NCBI GenBank assembly: GCA_964016885.1
Contig: OZ024746.1
Coordinates: 97,526,001 to 97,590,000, forward strand
Reading direction: 5' to 3'
DNA: 64,000 nt
Source of the DNA: Eledone cirrhosa
Taxonomy: Eukaryota
Numbering within the stretch: the stretch's first letter is position 1; each line of letters opens with the position of its first letter. Below, piece by piece: positions 37,085 through 50,900 of this stretch. A program made the translations under genes and the position numbers. The notes below the pieces were generated by a model, which saw only the letters and a program-made list of their open reading frames with translations, had not been told where the DNA came from and ran no database searches.

Positions 37085-38812
37085 ACTCTGAGGTAGACAT
37101 AGGTGGGTTCAGATGATATGGTGACTGAGGTAGACATAGGTGGGTTCAGTTGATATGGTGACTGAGGTAGACATAGGTGGGTTCAGTTGATATGGTACTG
37201 AGGTAGACATAGATGGGTTCAGTTAATATGGTGACTGAGGTAGACATAGATGGGTTCAGATGATATGGTGACTGAGGTAGACATAGGTGGGTTCAGTTGA
37301 TATGGTGACTGAGGTAGACATAGGTGGGTTCAGTTGATATGGTGACTGAGGTAGACATAGATGGGTTCAGATGATATGGTGACTGAGGTAGATATAGGTG
37401 GGTTCAGTTGATATGGTGACTTAGGTAGACATAGGTGGGTTCATTTGATATGGTGACTGAGGTAGACATAGATGGGTTCAGATGATATGGTACTGAGGTA
37501 GATATAGGTGGGTTCAGTTGATATGGTGACTTAGGTAGACATAGGTGGGTTCAGTTGATATGGTGACTGAGGTAGACATAGGTGGGTTCAGTTGATATGG
37601 TGACTGAGGTAGACATAGATGGGTTCAGATGATATGGTGACTGAGGTAGATATAGGTGGGTTCAGTTGATATGGTGACTTAGGTAGACATAGGTGGGTTC
37701 ATTTGATATGGTGACTGAGGTAGACATAGATGGGTTCAGATGATATGGTACTGAGGTAGATATAGGTGGGTTCAGTTGATATGGTGACTTAGGTAGACAT
37801 AGGTGGGTTCAGTTGATATGGTGACTGAGGTAGACATAGATGGGTTCAGATGATATGGTACTGAGGTAGATATAGGTGGGTTCAGTTGATATGGTGACTG
37901 AGGTAGACATAGGTGGGTTCAGATGATATGGTGACTGAGGTAGGCATAGGTGGGTTCAGTTGATATGGTGACTGAGGTAGACATAGATGGGTTCAGTTGA
38001 TATGGTGACTGAGGTAGACATAGGTCGGTTCAGTTGATATGGTGACTGAGGTAGACATAGGTGGGTTCAGTTGATATGGTGACTGAGGTAGACATAGATG
38101 GGTTCAGTTGATATGGTGACTGAGGTAGACATAGGTGGGTTCAGTTGATATGGTGACTGAGGTAGACATAGATGGGTTCAGTTGATATGGTGACTGAGGT
38201 AGACATAGGTGGGTTCAGTTGATATGGTGACTGAGGTAGACATAGATGGGTTCAGTTGATATGGTGACTGAGGTAGACATAGGTGGGTTCAGTTGATATG
38301 GTGACTGAGGTAGACATAGGTGGGTTCAGTTGATATGGTGACTTAGGTAGACATAGATGGGTTCAGTTGCTATGGTGACTGAGGTAGACATAGGTGGGTT
38401 CAGTTGATATGGTGACTGAGGTAGACATAGATGGGTTCAGTTGATATGGTGACTTAGGTAGACATAGGTGGGTTCAGTTGATATGGTGACTGAGGTAGAC
38501 ATAGGTCGGTTCAGTTGATATGGTGACTTAGGTAGACATAGGTGGGTTCAGTTGATATGGTGACTGAGGTAGACATAGGTGGGTTCAGTTGATATGGTGA
38601 CTGAGGTAGACATAGGTCGGTTCAGTTGATATGGTGACTGAGGTAGACATAGGTGGGTTCAGTTGATATGGTGACTGAGGTAGACATAGGTGGGTTCAGT
38701 TGATATGGTGACTGAGGTAGACATAGGTGGGTTCAGTTGATATGGTGACTGAGGTAGACATAGGTGGGTTCAGTTGATATGGTGACTGAGGTAGACATAG
38801 GTGGGTTCAGAT
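37085..38812. repeat. 37-bp minisatellite, about 47 copies
   Basis: Unit gtgactgaggtagacataggtgggttcagttgatatg; variant blocks recur (atttgata at about 37443 and 37701). Confidence 0.97.
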
Positions 38813-39014
38813 GATTTGCATTATAGTCACTCCATTAATTATTAATTAACCCTTTCATGACCACATTTCTAATGAAACACTATTTCAAATTTATTAAGTA
38901 TTTTGAGGGATTTATTAACATTGTTAATTATTTCATTACTAACATAGTAACTTAATTAACTAAAATTATTAATTATTTCATTACTAACATAGTAACTTGT
39001 GTTGTAAGATTTTT

Positions 39015-39210
39015 GGGGTGAGTCTTCATGCATTTTACCATGTCTGGTCAGTCCACCTGCTAACTTGCAGATGAAGCGACACTCACTGCAAATGTACCGT
39101 GGAGTGTGTGGTGGTAGAACCATCTCACAGTTGGCTCAATCTCTTCCTGGCTCGTGTGATTTCAGATGGTTAACTAAACCAACTTGTGTTAGAAGAAATC
39201 GGCCACACGC
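39015..39210 (-). mobile_element. fragment of the multi-C2H2 RTE-like family (see 59445-59978)
   Basis: CGRFLLTQVGLVNHLKSH..YICSECRFICKLAGGLTRHGKMH. Confidence 0.7.
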
Positions 39211-39740
39211 ACACACACTCTCACTCACACACACTCTCACTCACACACACTCTCTCTCTCTCACACACACACACTCACATCTTTGAGTTAATCCAGGCTA
39301 TGGTAAATTATATTTGTCAAAAATGTCACACAGCAGGACCGAACCTGGGTCCCTATGATTGTGAAGCAAACTATTTAACCATTCAATCATGCTGTGTCAA
39401 TCACTAATATCAAAGACAAAGCAAAATTTCTAAAGTGAGTCTTCTGGTTGTTTAGCAATTTACCATTTACATTACTCTATATTTACGATTGCATTTTCAT
39501 GGTAAAGGCTTTATCTTATATAATTATTGCACATAATATCAAATCTATGTGATTTTGATATTATTTATTTTGAGAACAATACCTTAAAGTCAGTATGAGC
39601 GGCTGGTTATGGCCAGTTTGAACAGAATGAGGTAAGAGAATTCTGGTTAGATACAGCTGGTTTAAATGCTGAAGGGTTAAGAGACAAATACTTTGTAAAT
39701 GTCAGATCTACCATCAAGGGTTATGAACTTTAAAATACAA

Positions 39741-40492
39741 CTAGACCACCTGTGACCCGTTGGGTCACGTTCATTTCAAAATATTTTTTTTAAATCATGT
39801 TCACTTAACCCTTTTTCTGTTAAAACTGGCTGTAACTGGTCACTCAAACTGATGTTAAGGTATTGTTCTCAAAATAGATACTTTCAAAATCTCATAGATT
39901 CGATATTATGTGAGATAAAGCATTTACCATGAAAATATAATAGTATATAGAGAGTAATGTGAATGCTAAAGGGTTAAAAATGATTTTTAAATAATTAAAA
40001 TATACACAGACATGTATATAATGTTAAATGAAACTGGAAGGCCCATATATATATACGTGTGTGTATGTATATATATAAATGTGGGTGTGTGTGCATACAT
40101 ATATATGCATCTGTGTGTATATATGTGGGTGTCTGTGATCTATATGCACTGGTCATAGACTCACACACACACACACGCACACACACATATATATATATAT
40201 ATACACAACACCACCAGCTCTCTCTCTCTTCGATTCTCCTTCTCTGTCTCCTCTCCCTCTCTTTCAATCTACTCTCTCACAACCACTATCTCTTCCTCTC
40301 CATCTTTCTCTCTCTCTGTTTATGAAGGTACCCAGAAAAACCCCATATCTTGGGAACCCGTGGTCTGATTTATTCCATTTATATCCCCATTTCAGGGGCA
40401 ACTTCCTGTCAAAGTATTTTCCCATTATGCACCCTTTTGGCTGTATTACATTATAGACAAGCAAGCAATCACAGAGTTTTAGTATTATATAG
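39741..40492 (-). mobile_element. Helitron-like non-autonomous element
   Basis: Minus 3' end: hairpin gtgaccc-aac-gggtcac then CTAG|T; minus 5' end A|TCTATATAAT; carries a TTAA-MITE at 39805-39976. Confidence 0.55.
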
Positions 40493-40970
40493 ATAGATAA
40501 CTAAATGAATGCTCACATAGAAATGGATGGATAGGCAGGTAAGTAAGTAGACAGATAAATAGGTATGTAGGTTGATAGGTAGATAGAAAGAGAGAGAGAG
40601 ACAAGTAATTAGGTAAATAGATAGATTTACACATGGAAAACTTAAAATACTAAGATATTTGCTAAACTAAAGGCAAACAATACTATCTCCATTGAGAGAA
40701 TGAATCCAGCTGTAAACAGTAACAACATTTAAAGATACAGAAACAACTGAATGTTTACACTAACAACAAAGGTTTTCTCTAGGATATACAACACATTTGA
40801 TGAAGTGAAATGTGATATCACATAAGATCAGGTATTAATAAATGTCATTTCACATATAAAAACCAAATACCAGGCATTGACTGACTGATTCTTTTTTGTG
40901 CTGGTTTCTATTAGTATCTTCAATGTTCTCAGACTTCACAATAGCTTAAGTAGCACCATTATAGTAATAT

Positions 40971-42552
40971 ACTAGCAGAATGGCCCGGCATTCCTTGGGA
41001 TTTGTTCTAGGGTTCTTATATATTTCATATATATTTATCCTTATCGAGCCTAGTGAATAAATATGTTTGTTTATATTTTGTTATTGTGTATGCAAAAATA
41101 TCATCATCATAATCACTGTTTTATGTCCGTTCTTCCATGATAGCATGGGTTAGACGGGTTGTCTCCTGTTGTGGGCAGTGTCTGGTCGGCTGACCATGCC
41201 TTGCTCATACAGGAACTGATTTTGGCACGAATATATAATTATATATAGATATATATATTACAGTCAGTAGGCATCTCTAACAAAATACACCCCCGTCCCA
41301 CCACCCCCACCCCATCCACACCGCCCCTTTCAATGTAAAGTTATGTTGGTGCCACAAAATCCAGGCCGAAACAAATGAGATCGTGTAGGTGTCACGAAAA
41401 AAAAAACACACAGTCCACGCTGTAATGTGACCGTGTAGGCAACACGGTAAAAACGTCCCAGTCCCACACTGTAAATGTGGTTGGTGTTAGGAAGGGCATC
41501 CAGCTGTAGAAAACCTGCCAGACAGTCCACGCTGTAATGTGGCCGTGTAGGCAACACGGTAAAAACCTCCCAGCCCCACACTGTAAATGTGGTTGGTGTT
41601 AGGAAGGGCATCCAACTGTAGAAAACCCGCCAGACAGTCCTATGCGAGCAAGACAACCACTCTTGCCTCAAGTGGGAAAACTCCCGTCCAAACCCATGCA
41701 AGCATGGAACACGGACGTTAAACGATGATGATTATGATGATGATGATGATGATTAAAATAACAGATTAAAGTTTAAGCAAAGAATCGCTGCTTTCAACCT
41801 TAACGGGATCTTATGAAAATAAAAAAAATCAATCTGTGAGGGCAGAAGTAAATATTTCGAAAAACTTTACACACTAAATATATACACACACTATATATAG
41901 ATATATACACACACACAGAGATAGCGACGTCATAATGTTGTAATTCAGACAGCCAGACATACAGACAGATATTATAAGGGTGCAACATTATATCTATGTA
42001 TCTATCTAAAAAGAAAGACTAAGAATTATAGAGAGAGATCGCTAAAATCGCCTAATGCGGTCCCTAGGGCATAGAAAATTTGAAATATGTTTTGCTCAAA
42101 ATACTCACTGGACCATAAGTATTACATGTGTAAAGTTTGAAAACAATCAGTTGGGTGGTTCTCGACTTTTACTGAGTCAGACAGACAGACATTCTCTGTT
42201 TTAGATATATAGACTAGCAGAAAACCGCCCCCGTGTGGTTTTCTGCTAGTATATATATATATATTACACACACAGAAATGTATATATATTTCTGTGTGTA
42301 TATATATATATTTCTTTGTGTGTATATATATATATATATTACACACACACAGAAATGTATATATGTTTCTGTAGCACTCCTCAATTCCCCCCTCTCTCCC
42401 TCCCGCTATCCCCCTCTTATAGTCTGTCTCTTTCTTTCACTCTTACTCTCTCTACGCGTGCGCAAAAAACATTCGCACACGTGCACGTGTTTCCACTGTC
42501 GGACAGACAGATAGACAAACAGAGAAATTGCTGGTTATATATTATAAGGAGA
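40971..42552 (-). mobile_element. cluster of Helitron-like ends
   Basis: actagcagaatggcccggc..ggg (3' CTAG + hairpin) at 40971; TC-start-like ends preceded by (gaca)n at about 42212 and 42552; another 5'-like end at about 50285(+). Confidence 0.5.
41258..41752 (+). mobile_element. RTE subfamily C 3' UTR with an internal ~110-bp duplication
   Basis: Starts with cagtaggcatctctaacaaaatac as at 18812-18835; ends cccatgcaagcatgg..acggacgttaaac(gat)n. Confidence 0.75.
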
Positions 42553-43284
42553 TAATGCCACATCATCATCATCACTGTTTTACGTCCGTTTTTCCACGCT
42601 AGCATGGGTTAGATGAGCTGTCCTATTGTGGGCAGTGTCCAGTCGGCTGACGTTGTCTTGCTCATACGGGAACTGATTCTGGCTTGATTTCTACAGCTGG
42701 ATGCCCTTCCTAACACCAAACTCATTTACAGTGAGTGCTGGGTGCTTTTTTTTATGTGGCGCCTACACGTCCACTTTACAGTGTGGGCTGAGTGCCTTTT
42801 TGCTGTGGCACCTCCACGACCACTTTGCAGTGGAATGATAGGGACCCCAGTCCTATCATCTCATTTCTACAGCTGAGTGAACTGGAGCAATGTGAAATAA
42901 AGTGTCTTGCTCAAGGGAACAACACATCACTCGGTCTGAGAATTGAAATCACAACCTTTTGATTACAAGCCCAATTCTCTAACCACTAAGCCATGTGCCA
43001 CAATGTATAAATAAATTTCGGCTAACAAATCATACACATTATAAACATCAAACATTATAAATGTTGTGTTGGATGACCTCCAACAAGGTGGTGGGTTGGC
43101 AGTATCAGTAGAGGGTCGGACGCCATGCTTTGCAGCAAATAGTTACGGCACTTTATGATCTGAGTTCAAATCCAGCCGAGGTTAACTTTGCCTTTCATCC
43201 TTACGGAGTCGATAAAATAAAGTACCAGTAATGTACTGGGATAATTGCTAGCCTTGTGCTAAAAGTAGAAACAATTATAAACAT

Positions 43285-43830
43285 CAAGCAGTTTAGGGAG
43301 CTGCTTCCTCTGCTGATGAAGAAGGGTTTCGCCCTGCGTACGAAAGGCCGGTTATATGATGCCTGTGTGAGGAGCGCGATGCTGCATGGTAGTGAGACAT
43401 GGGCAGCAACTGCAGAGGATATGCGACGGCTGGAGAGAAATGAGGCAAGCATGCTCCGTTGGATGTGCAATGTCAATGTGCGTGAACGACCCAGCATGGA
43501 TGTGTTGAGAGAGAAACTGTGTCTGAGAGGGATAGAACGTAGTGTGTGAGAGAGGAGACTGAGGTGGTATGGACATGTGATGCGCATGGAGGATGAAGGA
43601 TGGATAAAGAAGTGCCAGGAAATGCCAGATGAAGGAAGATGCAGTAGAGGCAGACCACGAAAAACATGGGCGGAGGTGGTGAGAACAGACCTCAGATCGC
43701 TGAAGCTCACGGTGGAGATGACGAAGGACCGTGACAAGTGGAGAGATGCTGTGCTGAATAAGACCCGTCCCACCCTTGCAAGCAGGGAAAAGCGGACGTA
43801 AAATAATGATGATGATGATGATGATGATGA
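43285..43830 (+). mobile_element. RTE subfamily B 3' fragment; ORF runs into a very short tail
   Basis: QFRELLPLL..KGRLYDACVRSAMLHGSETW..GRPRKTW..DRDKWRDAVLNKTRPTLASREKRT* + (gat)n. Confidence 0.9.
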
Positions 43831-44516
43831 AGAGAAGAAAAATGTTGGACCTTATTTATCTAAATATCATGTTATCTTAGTCTTAATTCATCCTCCTCCT
43901 CCTTATTGATTGTCAGGTGATGGAGGACCTCCATGTAGCCCCAATCAAAGTCCTATCATGAACCTGCTCTCACACCAGATCCATGCCACTTAGTTCTTTT
44001 CCCACAGTCCTCAACATGGCCTTGTCAAGATAGCCTCACTTCTCATGTCCTCTATCTCTAGCTTCCATTTAAGAGATGTTCTTACAGGGGTTTTTTTGTG
44101 TGCATGTGGGATTATATCATCACCATAATTTAGGGTCCGTTTTCCTTGCTTGCAAGAATGGTCTAGTTATAGTAGGTTATGTCAATCCTTATTATCATCT
44201 AAGGAGCTACAGACCCCTCTCATGAGCCAATATCTGCATCTCACTTACATATGTGCTGCCATTCTATAGAGTACGCCGGATGTATTTTATCATAGAACCA
44301 GCACTGAGGAAGACGTCATGTCTTTGACACAACTGAAAAATCATCTCAACTCATTGTGTGTCTTTCAAGTTTTCTATGGCTGGATGACCTTCCTATCACC
44401 AACCGCTTTACAGAGTGTACTAGGTGTATTTTATCGTGTCACCAATACTAGAAAGATTATCATGGCCTGACACAAGTGAAGAATTGTCTTGATCCTGTTG
44501 ACTCATCAGGTGTGTC

Positions 44517-45189
44517 CAGGGCTGTACTTAATGGGGGGGGGGGGGGGGGGCAAAGGGGGAAATTGTCCCAGGACCCCTGCAATGGTGTGCACCACCAGTG
44601 ACAGTGATAGCAATTTATTTGTGCCCTCAGCTGGGCTTTTTAGTTTTAGGGTGGTTAGAATTTTTTAATTTAATACCTGTATGTATAACTTTTCAGTTCC
44701 AATTAGTTGCGCCAAGCTAACTTTGATATGTAAAATTGGGGAGGTTGCTGTGTATTCTATATTTTTATGTATGAGGCATATGGAGACACATGGCTTAGTG
44801 GTTAGAGCATTGGCCTTGCAATCGAAAGGTTGTGAGTTCAATTCTCAGACCGGGTGATGTGTTGTTTCCTTGAGCAAGACACTTTATTTCACATTGCTCC
44901 AGTTTACTCAGTTGTAGAAATAAGATGATAGGGACTGGGGTCCCTATCATTCCACTGCAAAGTGGTCGTGGAGGTGCCACGGCAAAAAAGCACCCAGCAC
45001 TCACTGTAAATGAGGTTGGTGTTAGGAAGGGCATCCAGCTGTAGAAATCAAGCCAGAACCAGCTCCCGTCCCACCCTTGCAAGCAGGGAAAAGCGGACGT
45101 AAAATGAAATCATGATGATGATGATGATGATGAGGGGCTCCCACAAACCTGAAGTGTCCCGGGCCCCACAAGGTCTAAGTCCAACCCTG
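44517..45189 (+). mobile_element. hAT-type MITE with 8-bp TSD, interrupted by a SINE
   Basis: TSD ggtgtgtc at 44509-44516 and 45190-45197; SINE family 2 nested at 44785-45133. Further copies at 61214-61513(-; TSD cctgtacc/catgtacc) and about 62085-62352(-). Confidence 0.88.
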
Positions 45190-46614
45190 GGTGTGTCGAG
45201 GATTAAATTTGGAAAAGAATTATTAAAGCTATAGTATAATCATATTTTAAACATTTCACATGTAAAATAAGAGTGAGAGCTGTCCTTCCTCTCCACAAAC
45301 ACTCAAATTACATCTCTTTACTAATTTTATACTTGGCGACCATTCCTAATTATAACAGAGTATTGTGAAGTAGAATTGTTATCTTTCATCTTGATGCCAA
45401 TAAAATTCCTAACTAAAGTAACTGGAAAATCAAAAGGGAATAATTCTTGTTAGTGAAATGTTGTTAACTTCAATTGATTTGCTAAGAGAGTTTGGAAAAG
45501 TATTCAGAGTTGATTTGCTATGAAGAGTTAAAGGATTTAATGTTTCAGGCACTTGTCCTTCTTCAGAGTGGAAGAATAGAAATGTTATTGCCTAGGTCAT
45601 TGAGGTCATAAAATTGTGAAGGAGAAATTGGATAAAATAAACAAAGTAAAGTAAAAATATTAAGGGCTTGATGTCAGTCAGAATGAGTGGTAGAGAAAGT
45701 AAGAGTAGTAATGTAAAAGCTATGTGAGGGGGTAGTAAGTCATGGTTTAAGAACTGTATAGTGAATGGTGCATGAAGTATGGGGGAGAATTAGAAGGTGG
45801 AAGTCAATATGTGTAACAAGATCAAAGTTGAAAAGGGAGGGAGTTAGTGGAGGTCAGAGGAGATGAGGTAGTTGAGATGAAGAAGAATGTAAAGTAAAAG
45901 AAGAGATGAACAAAAGGAGATATACATACACAATGACATGGCTGCATACAGAAGGTGAAAGGAAAAGGAAGCAAAATAGATGCCAGAGGAAACCAGCAGA
46001 GAATTGAGATCAGTTAGAAATGGTCAGAAGCAAAATATTAAGAGGCTGTACAGAATATAAAGAATTAAGAATCTAGAATCTGCAAAGAGTGCTCAAAAAT
46101 ATAAAGAGAGGCAATTTGGCAGAATTGAATCTCTATGGCAGGATGTAGGGAACAGCATTAAGGGTTAAACAGTTAAGTAGAATAGTAAATAAGCACAATA
46201 ACTATAAGAACCGCACCCTAGACCCACAGCCTAGTCACCCTTACCCTCATCATTCTTCTGTGACACTAGAGCCCTTGCCTTTCCCTTCCTTTTCCATTCT
46301 TTTTTTTTATTTTATATTCAATTCTTTTTTCTCAATATAATCTTTTTTTCTTTTTCTATAAAATTGTATTAACATGATATATTTTTTACATAGAATAAAA
46401 ATATTGTTCATTCTGTAATTAAAAAAAAACAAACTAAGAATTATTCTTTATATCTCGTATATGCAGTGTATGCATAAATTTATATCTGTATATATATACA
46501 ATAGATAGAAAACCTGGCGCTCAACTTTCAAACAAAATCTTCAGAGGATTAAACTGGACTGGGAAACTACACAAGATGCTGCAGCTGATCGGGTAAATTG
46601 GAGAGGACTGATTG

Positions 46615-46869
46615 CAGTAGCGTGCAGAGTGGGGGGGGGGGGGGCATTGGCCCCGGGCAACCTTTCGATGGGGGCATCATTTGGGGAAAAGAACTTAATA
46701 AATTTTATTGATTTATATTAAAATCAAATAAAGAGTTTATTTCATGTTTCATCTGTGTTTATATATTCAAAGTCTTTTCTTTTCTCAGTATATTAGGCCT
46801 TATACTTGAGTGTTTGGGGCATACAATCAAGATTTGCCCTGGGCATCACCAGAGCTCTGCATGCCACTG
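46615..46869. mobile_element. TIR MITE inserted in an RTE 3' fragment (46510-46910)
   Basis: TIR cagtagcgtgcagag / ctctgcatgccactg (13/15); the left flank reads TWRSTFKQNL..DWETTQDAAADRVNWRGL. Confidence 0.65.
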
Positions 46870-47572
46870 ACTCATCCTATATGCTCCAGGGCATAAGAGG
46901 ATCTAAGACTAAGATATATATACAATACTAAAGCATTTAGCATTTAAAATGGCCTTATCCGACATCAATTTTCTCATCTCTTTCTGTTTAAACTGGCTGT
47001 AATTGGCTGCTCATACTGATATTAAGGTATTGTTCTTAAAATAAATAATTGTTTCTACGTTTGGCACAAGGCCAGCAATTATCCCAGTGTATTACTGGTT
47101 CTTTATTTTATCGACCCCGTAAGGATGAAAGGCAAAGTTAACCTCGGCGGGATTTGAACTCAGACCATAAAGGGCCGTAACTCTTTTCTGCAAAGCATGG
47201 CATCAGATCCTCTACCGATACTGCCAATCCACCATCTTAAAATAAATAATATCAAAATTTCGTAGATTCAATATTATGTGAGGTATTATGTGAGATAAAG
47301 CCTTTACCACAAAAATATAATAGTAAATATAGAGTAATGTAAATGCTAAAGTGTTAATTAAGCAAAACTGTGTTAATGTATATACAAAATTCCACACTGA
47401 GTATCCTAGACATGTAAACATGTCAAATGTACATATTTCCTTCTATATTGAAATAACCACAGAGAGCTTTAATCACTTTTCAAAACTTTTTAGGTTCTCT
47501 TGAAACGATATGTACATCGGCTAAACAACCATAAGGATATAAATACATAACTGAGGAGCTTATTCTTTATAG

Positions 47573-47936
47573 CAAAGATTCTCAAAGTGGGCGCTACCCC
47601 CCCCCCCGCGGGGGGGGGGGTGGAGGGCATGGAGATGGTTCAAGGAGGTGCTGAAGTCTAAGGGGGCAGTGGTGTTGGTAGAGATGATATAATAGTATAT
47701 TAAATATCAAATGATACATATTATATATAAATATAGTAAAATAAAAAATATATAATAGTTATCTATACATAGTATATATTATATTATTTATTATATATAA
47801 ATTAACGATTTTATTTATTATATATTATTTACAATTTGTATGAAGGCAGGTCTCTCTGGAAATAGGATTGGGAGGCGCTGAGGGTATTACACGGCCGTGA
47901 AGGGCGCTGGAGAACCAAAAAGTTTGAGAACTTCTG
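47573..47936. mobile_element. Charlie-type hAT MITE
   Basis: Ends caaagattctcaaa / tttgagaacttctg; TSD ctttatag/ctttataa. Confidence 0.75.
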
Positions 47937-50900
47937 CTTTATAATATGATTGAAATGGAAATATTAATTTGTATATTACATTTTGTATACATATATATCC
48001 TAGGTCAACTTTGCCTTTCATCCATTCATTAGCAAAATTTAATAAGTGGTGTGTGTATGGGAGGGGGGATCTTAAAAATTAATAAGCAGAGACCCAAGAG
48101 GACATGATATGGGAGGGAAAAGAAGCATAATTTTTTCTTTATTATTCTGATTAATATTTTATATTAATCCGACAAAAAAAATTTTGAAGTTGAGACTAAA
48201 CCTTAGTTGTTAAGAGTTTATCTTAAGATACTTCACCTTCAGGTAATACTTTATCTGAAAACACTTGAAGATATTCCAAGTATTTCAAGATATTTCAACT
48301 TAAGATAATAGATCAAAGCAATAGAATATCTCAGATAAGATATTAAAGTAAGTGTTTAGTTACGTTATCATGATGAACAGAATACTTATTGTTAACCTTA
48401 CATTTTCCAATCGCCTCTACAGCCCATTCATTATTTCTTCTACTCTCTACATTCTATAATCATTTCTCCAGAGAACTACAGATTTCTAGAATTCTCTCTT
48501 TTATTTGTTCCAGCTTATGATCTATGGACATACTGGGGCACTACCTTTAAAAAATATTATGGAACACTTTGCATCTCATCCTTACACAGTAACTAAGTCA
48601 ACCTTTTATCATTTACATTTATTACCATTATATTTTCAAGGTAAAGGTGTTACCTCAAATAATTATCTCACATAATATCGAATCTATGAAGTTTTGATAT
48701 TTATTTTGAGAACAATACCTTAGCATCAGTTTGAGTGGCTGGTTACAGCTGCTTTGAACAGAAAGAGGTGAGAGAATTCTGGCCGGATATGGTCGGTTTA
48801 AATGCTAAAGGGTTAAGTTCTTCCCAGTATCATTCTAACTTTAGAAATATAAATTAACAAACATATCACATTGTTTATGATTCTCTACAACTATTAGCCT
48901 TCAATAGTTCAAGGTAAATATTACAGTTACATATCTCATCAATGCAGGTTTAGCTGACTTTTATGAAGATGGTTCTCATAAGAGATCTTTTGGATGTTTT
49001 AATGACAGGGGTCTCAGTTCTATCATGAAAAGGACTCAACTCAGATGTCTGGTCTAGGGATTATCTCCCTGCTGCTGTTACACATTTTCATTTTTCCTTT
49101 GCTTTTCAGCTGAATTGACGGAAGCAACCTTACATAATTATCTCACATAATTCTTTCTACTTTTGACACAAAGCCAGCAATTACCCCAGTGTATTACTGG
49201 TGCTTTATTTTATTGACTCTGTAAAGATGAAAGGCAAAGATAACCTCGGCGGGATTTGAACTTAGGTCTATGCTACAAAGCATGGCATCAGACCCTCTAC
49301 CAACACTGCCAATCCACTGCCCTCACATAATATTGAATCTATGCGATTTTGATGTTATTTATTTTGAGAATAATACTTTAACATCAGTATGAGTGACCAA
49401 TTACGGCTGGTTTAAACAGAAAGAGATGAGAAATTTCTGGCCTGATACGGCCGGATTAAGTGCTAAAGTGTTAAAGACACAATGTGCTACCCAGGCTAGG
49501 AATTGAATCCACAACTTTCTGATTCTGTGTCAAACATCTTAACTACTATGTCAAGTGTCTGGCACAGAGGTTAACAAAATATTAATTTCATGGGTCTGTT
49601 AGCCAGTTATTATGTCACACAGAAAAGGTTATGGGCACTATTCTCTTTTCTTCTCAGACTTAATAAACACATTTTATGAAAAACAAAAAAACATGTAGTT
49701 CATGTAATTTACATTGAAATAGTTTTTTGTTAAAATTTCATTAAATAACATTCTTATAAACACTGAACAGTTGCCAATAAAACTGGACAGTTACATAAAA
49801 ATACTGGAGCAATGCCTCTACTTAGGAAAAGGTTTCTCTCAGTAAATATACAAATGTATGCTGAATTTAGTAACATAAAATATAGATATAATAATAATTG
49901 TTTCTACTTATGGCACAAGGCCAGCAATTATCCCAGTGCATTACTGGTACTTTATTTTATCGACCCCGTAAGGATAAAAGGCAAAGTTAACCTTGGCAGG
50001 ATTTGAACTCAGATCAGAAAGAGGCGTAACTCGGTGCTGCAAAGCATCTTGTCCGACCCTCTACCGATACTGCCAAACCACCAAATAATGATTTCTGATT
50101 TAGGCACAAGGCCAGAAATCGATCCCAGTGCACAACTGGTACTTTATTTTATCGTCCACATAAGGATGAAAGGCAAAGCTAACCTTGGCGGGATTGGAAC
50201 TCAGAACGTAAAAGTCCATAACTCTATGCTACAAAGCATGGTATCCAATGCTCTACCGATACTGCCAACCCACCACCATAGATCTCTCTCTATATAAAAT
50301 TCTTTGTCTCTCTGTCTGTCTGTCTTTTCCTTGTGCATTCTCAAATGGCTAGACCAAATCAAGTCAAATTTTAGTATTAGACCCCGGGATTAACAACATG
50401 TAATTTTTATTTGGATTAAAACAATATAACATTTTATCAAAAATAATCTACAATAGATTATCTATAAATAAACGGACATTTTATAACAGAACGACGATGA
50501 CATCACATTTTGTATGAGTGAGTATGTGTCTGTGTGTGTGATTGCGTGTTCGTTACATACGTTAGGCCTTAGTATGTTACATACACATACATCTTCACGT
50601 AAATATTTAATCAGATAAACAGAGAATTAAACACACACATACATCTATACATGTGTGTGTGAGTGTATGTGAGAGTGTATGTGTGTGTGAGTATACATAC
50701 ATTTCTGCAATGAGTGACATAACAAAATGCTGGGGGTGAAACTGTGTGTGCGTTTGTATGAATGTATGTCTGTGTTTTTTTTTTATAAGCATGTTTGTGT
50801 GGATGTATGTGTGTCTATTCGATTATTCTCATACCATTAAATTAGCAGTTAATACATTTGCTTATATTTGGTTAATTTCCACTGCATACAAAAATAGAGG

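Noticed and set aside
39015-39210. Exon of a host C2H2 zinc-finger gene
   Set aside because: Contains a stop, lacks TGEKP linkers, and the longer copy at 59445-59978 is contiguous with an RTE-type C-terminus.
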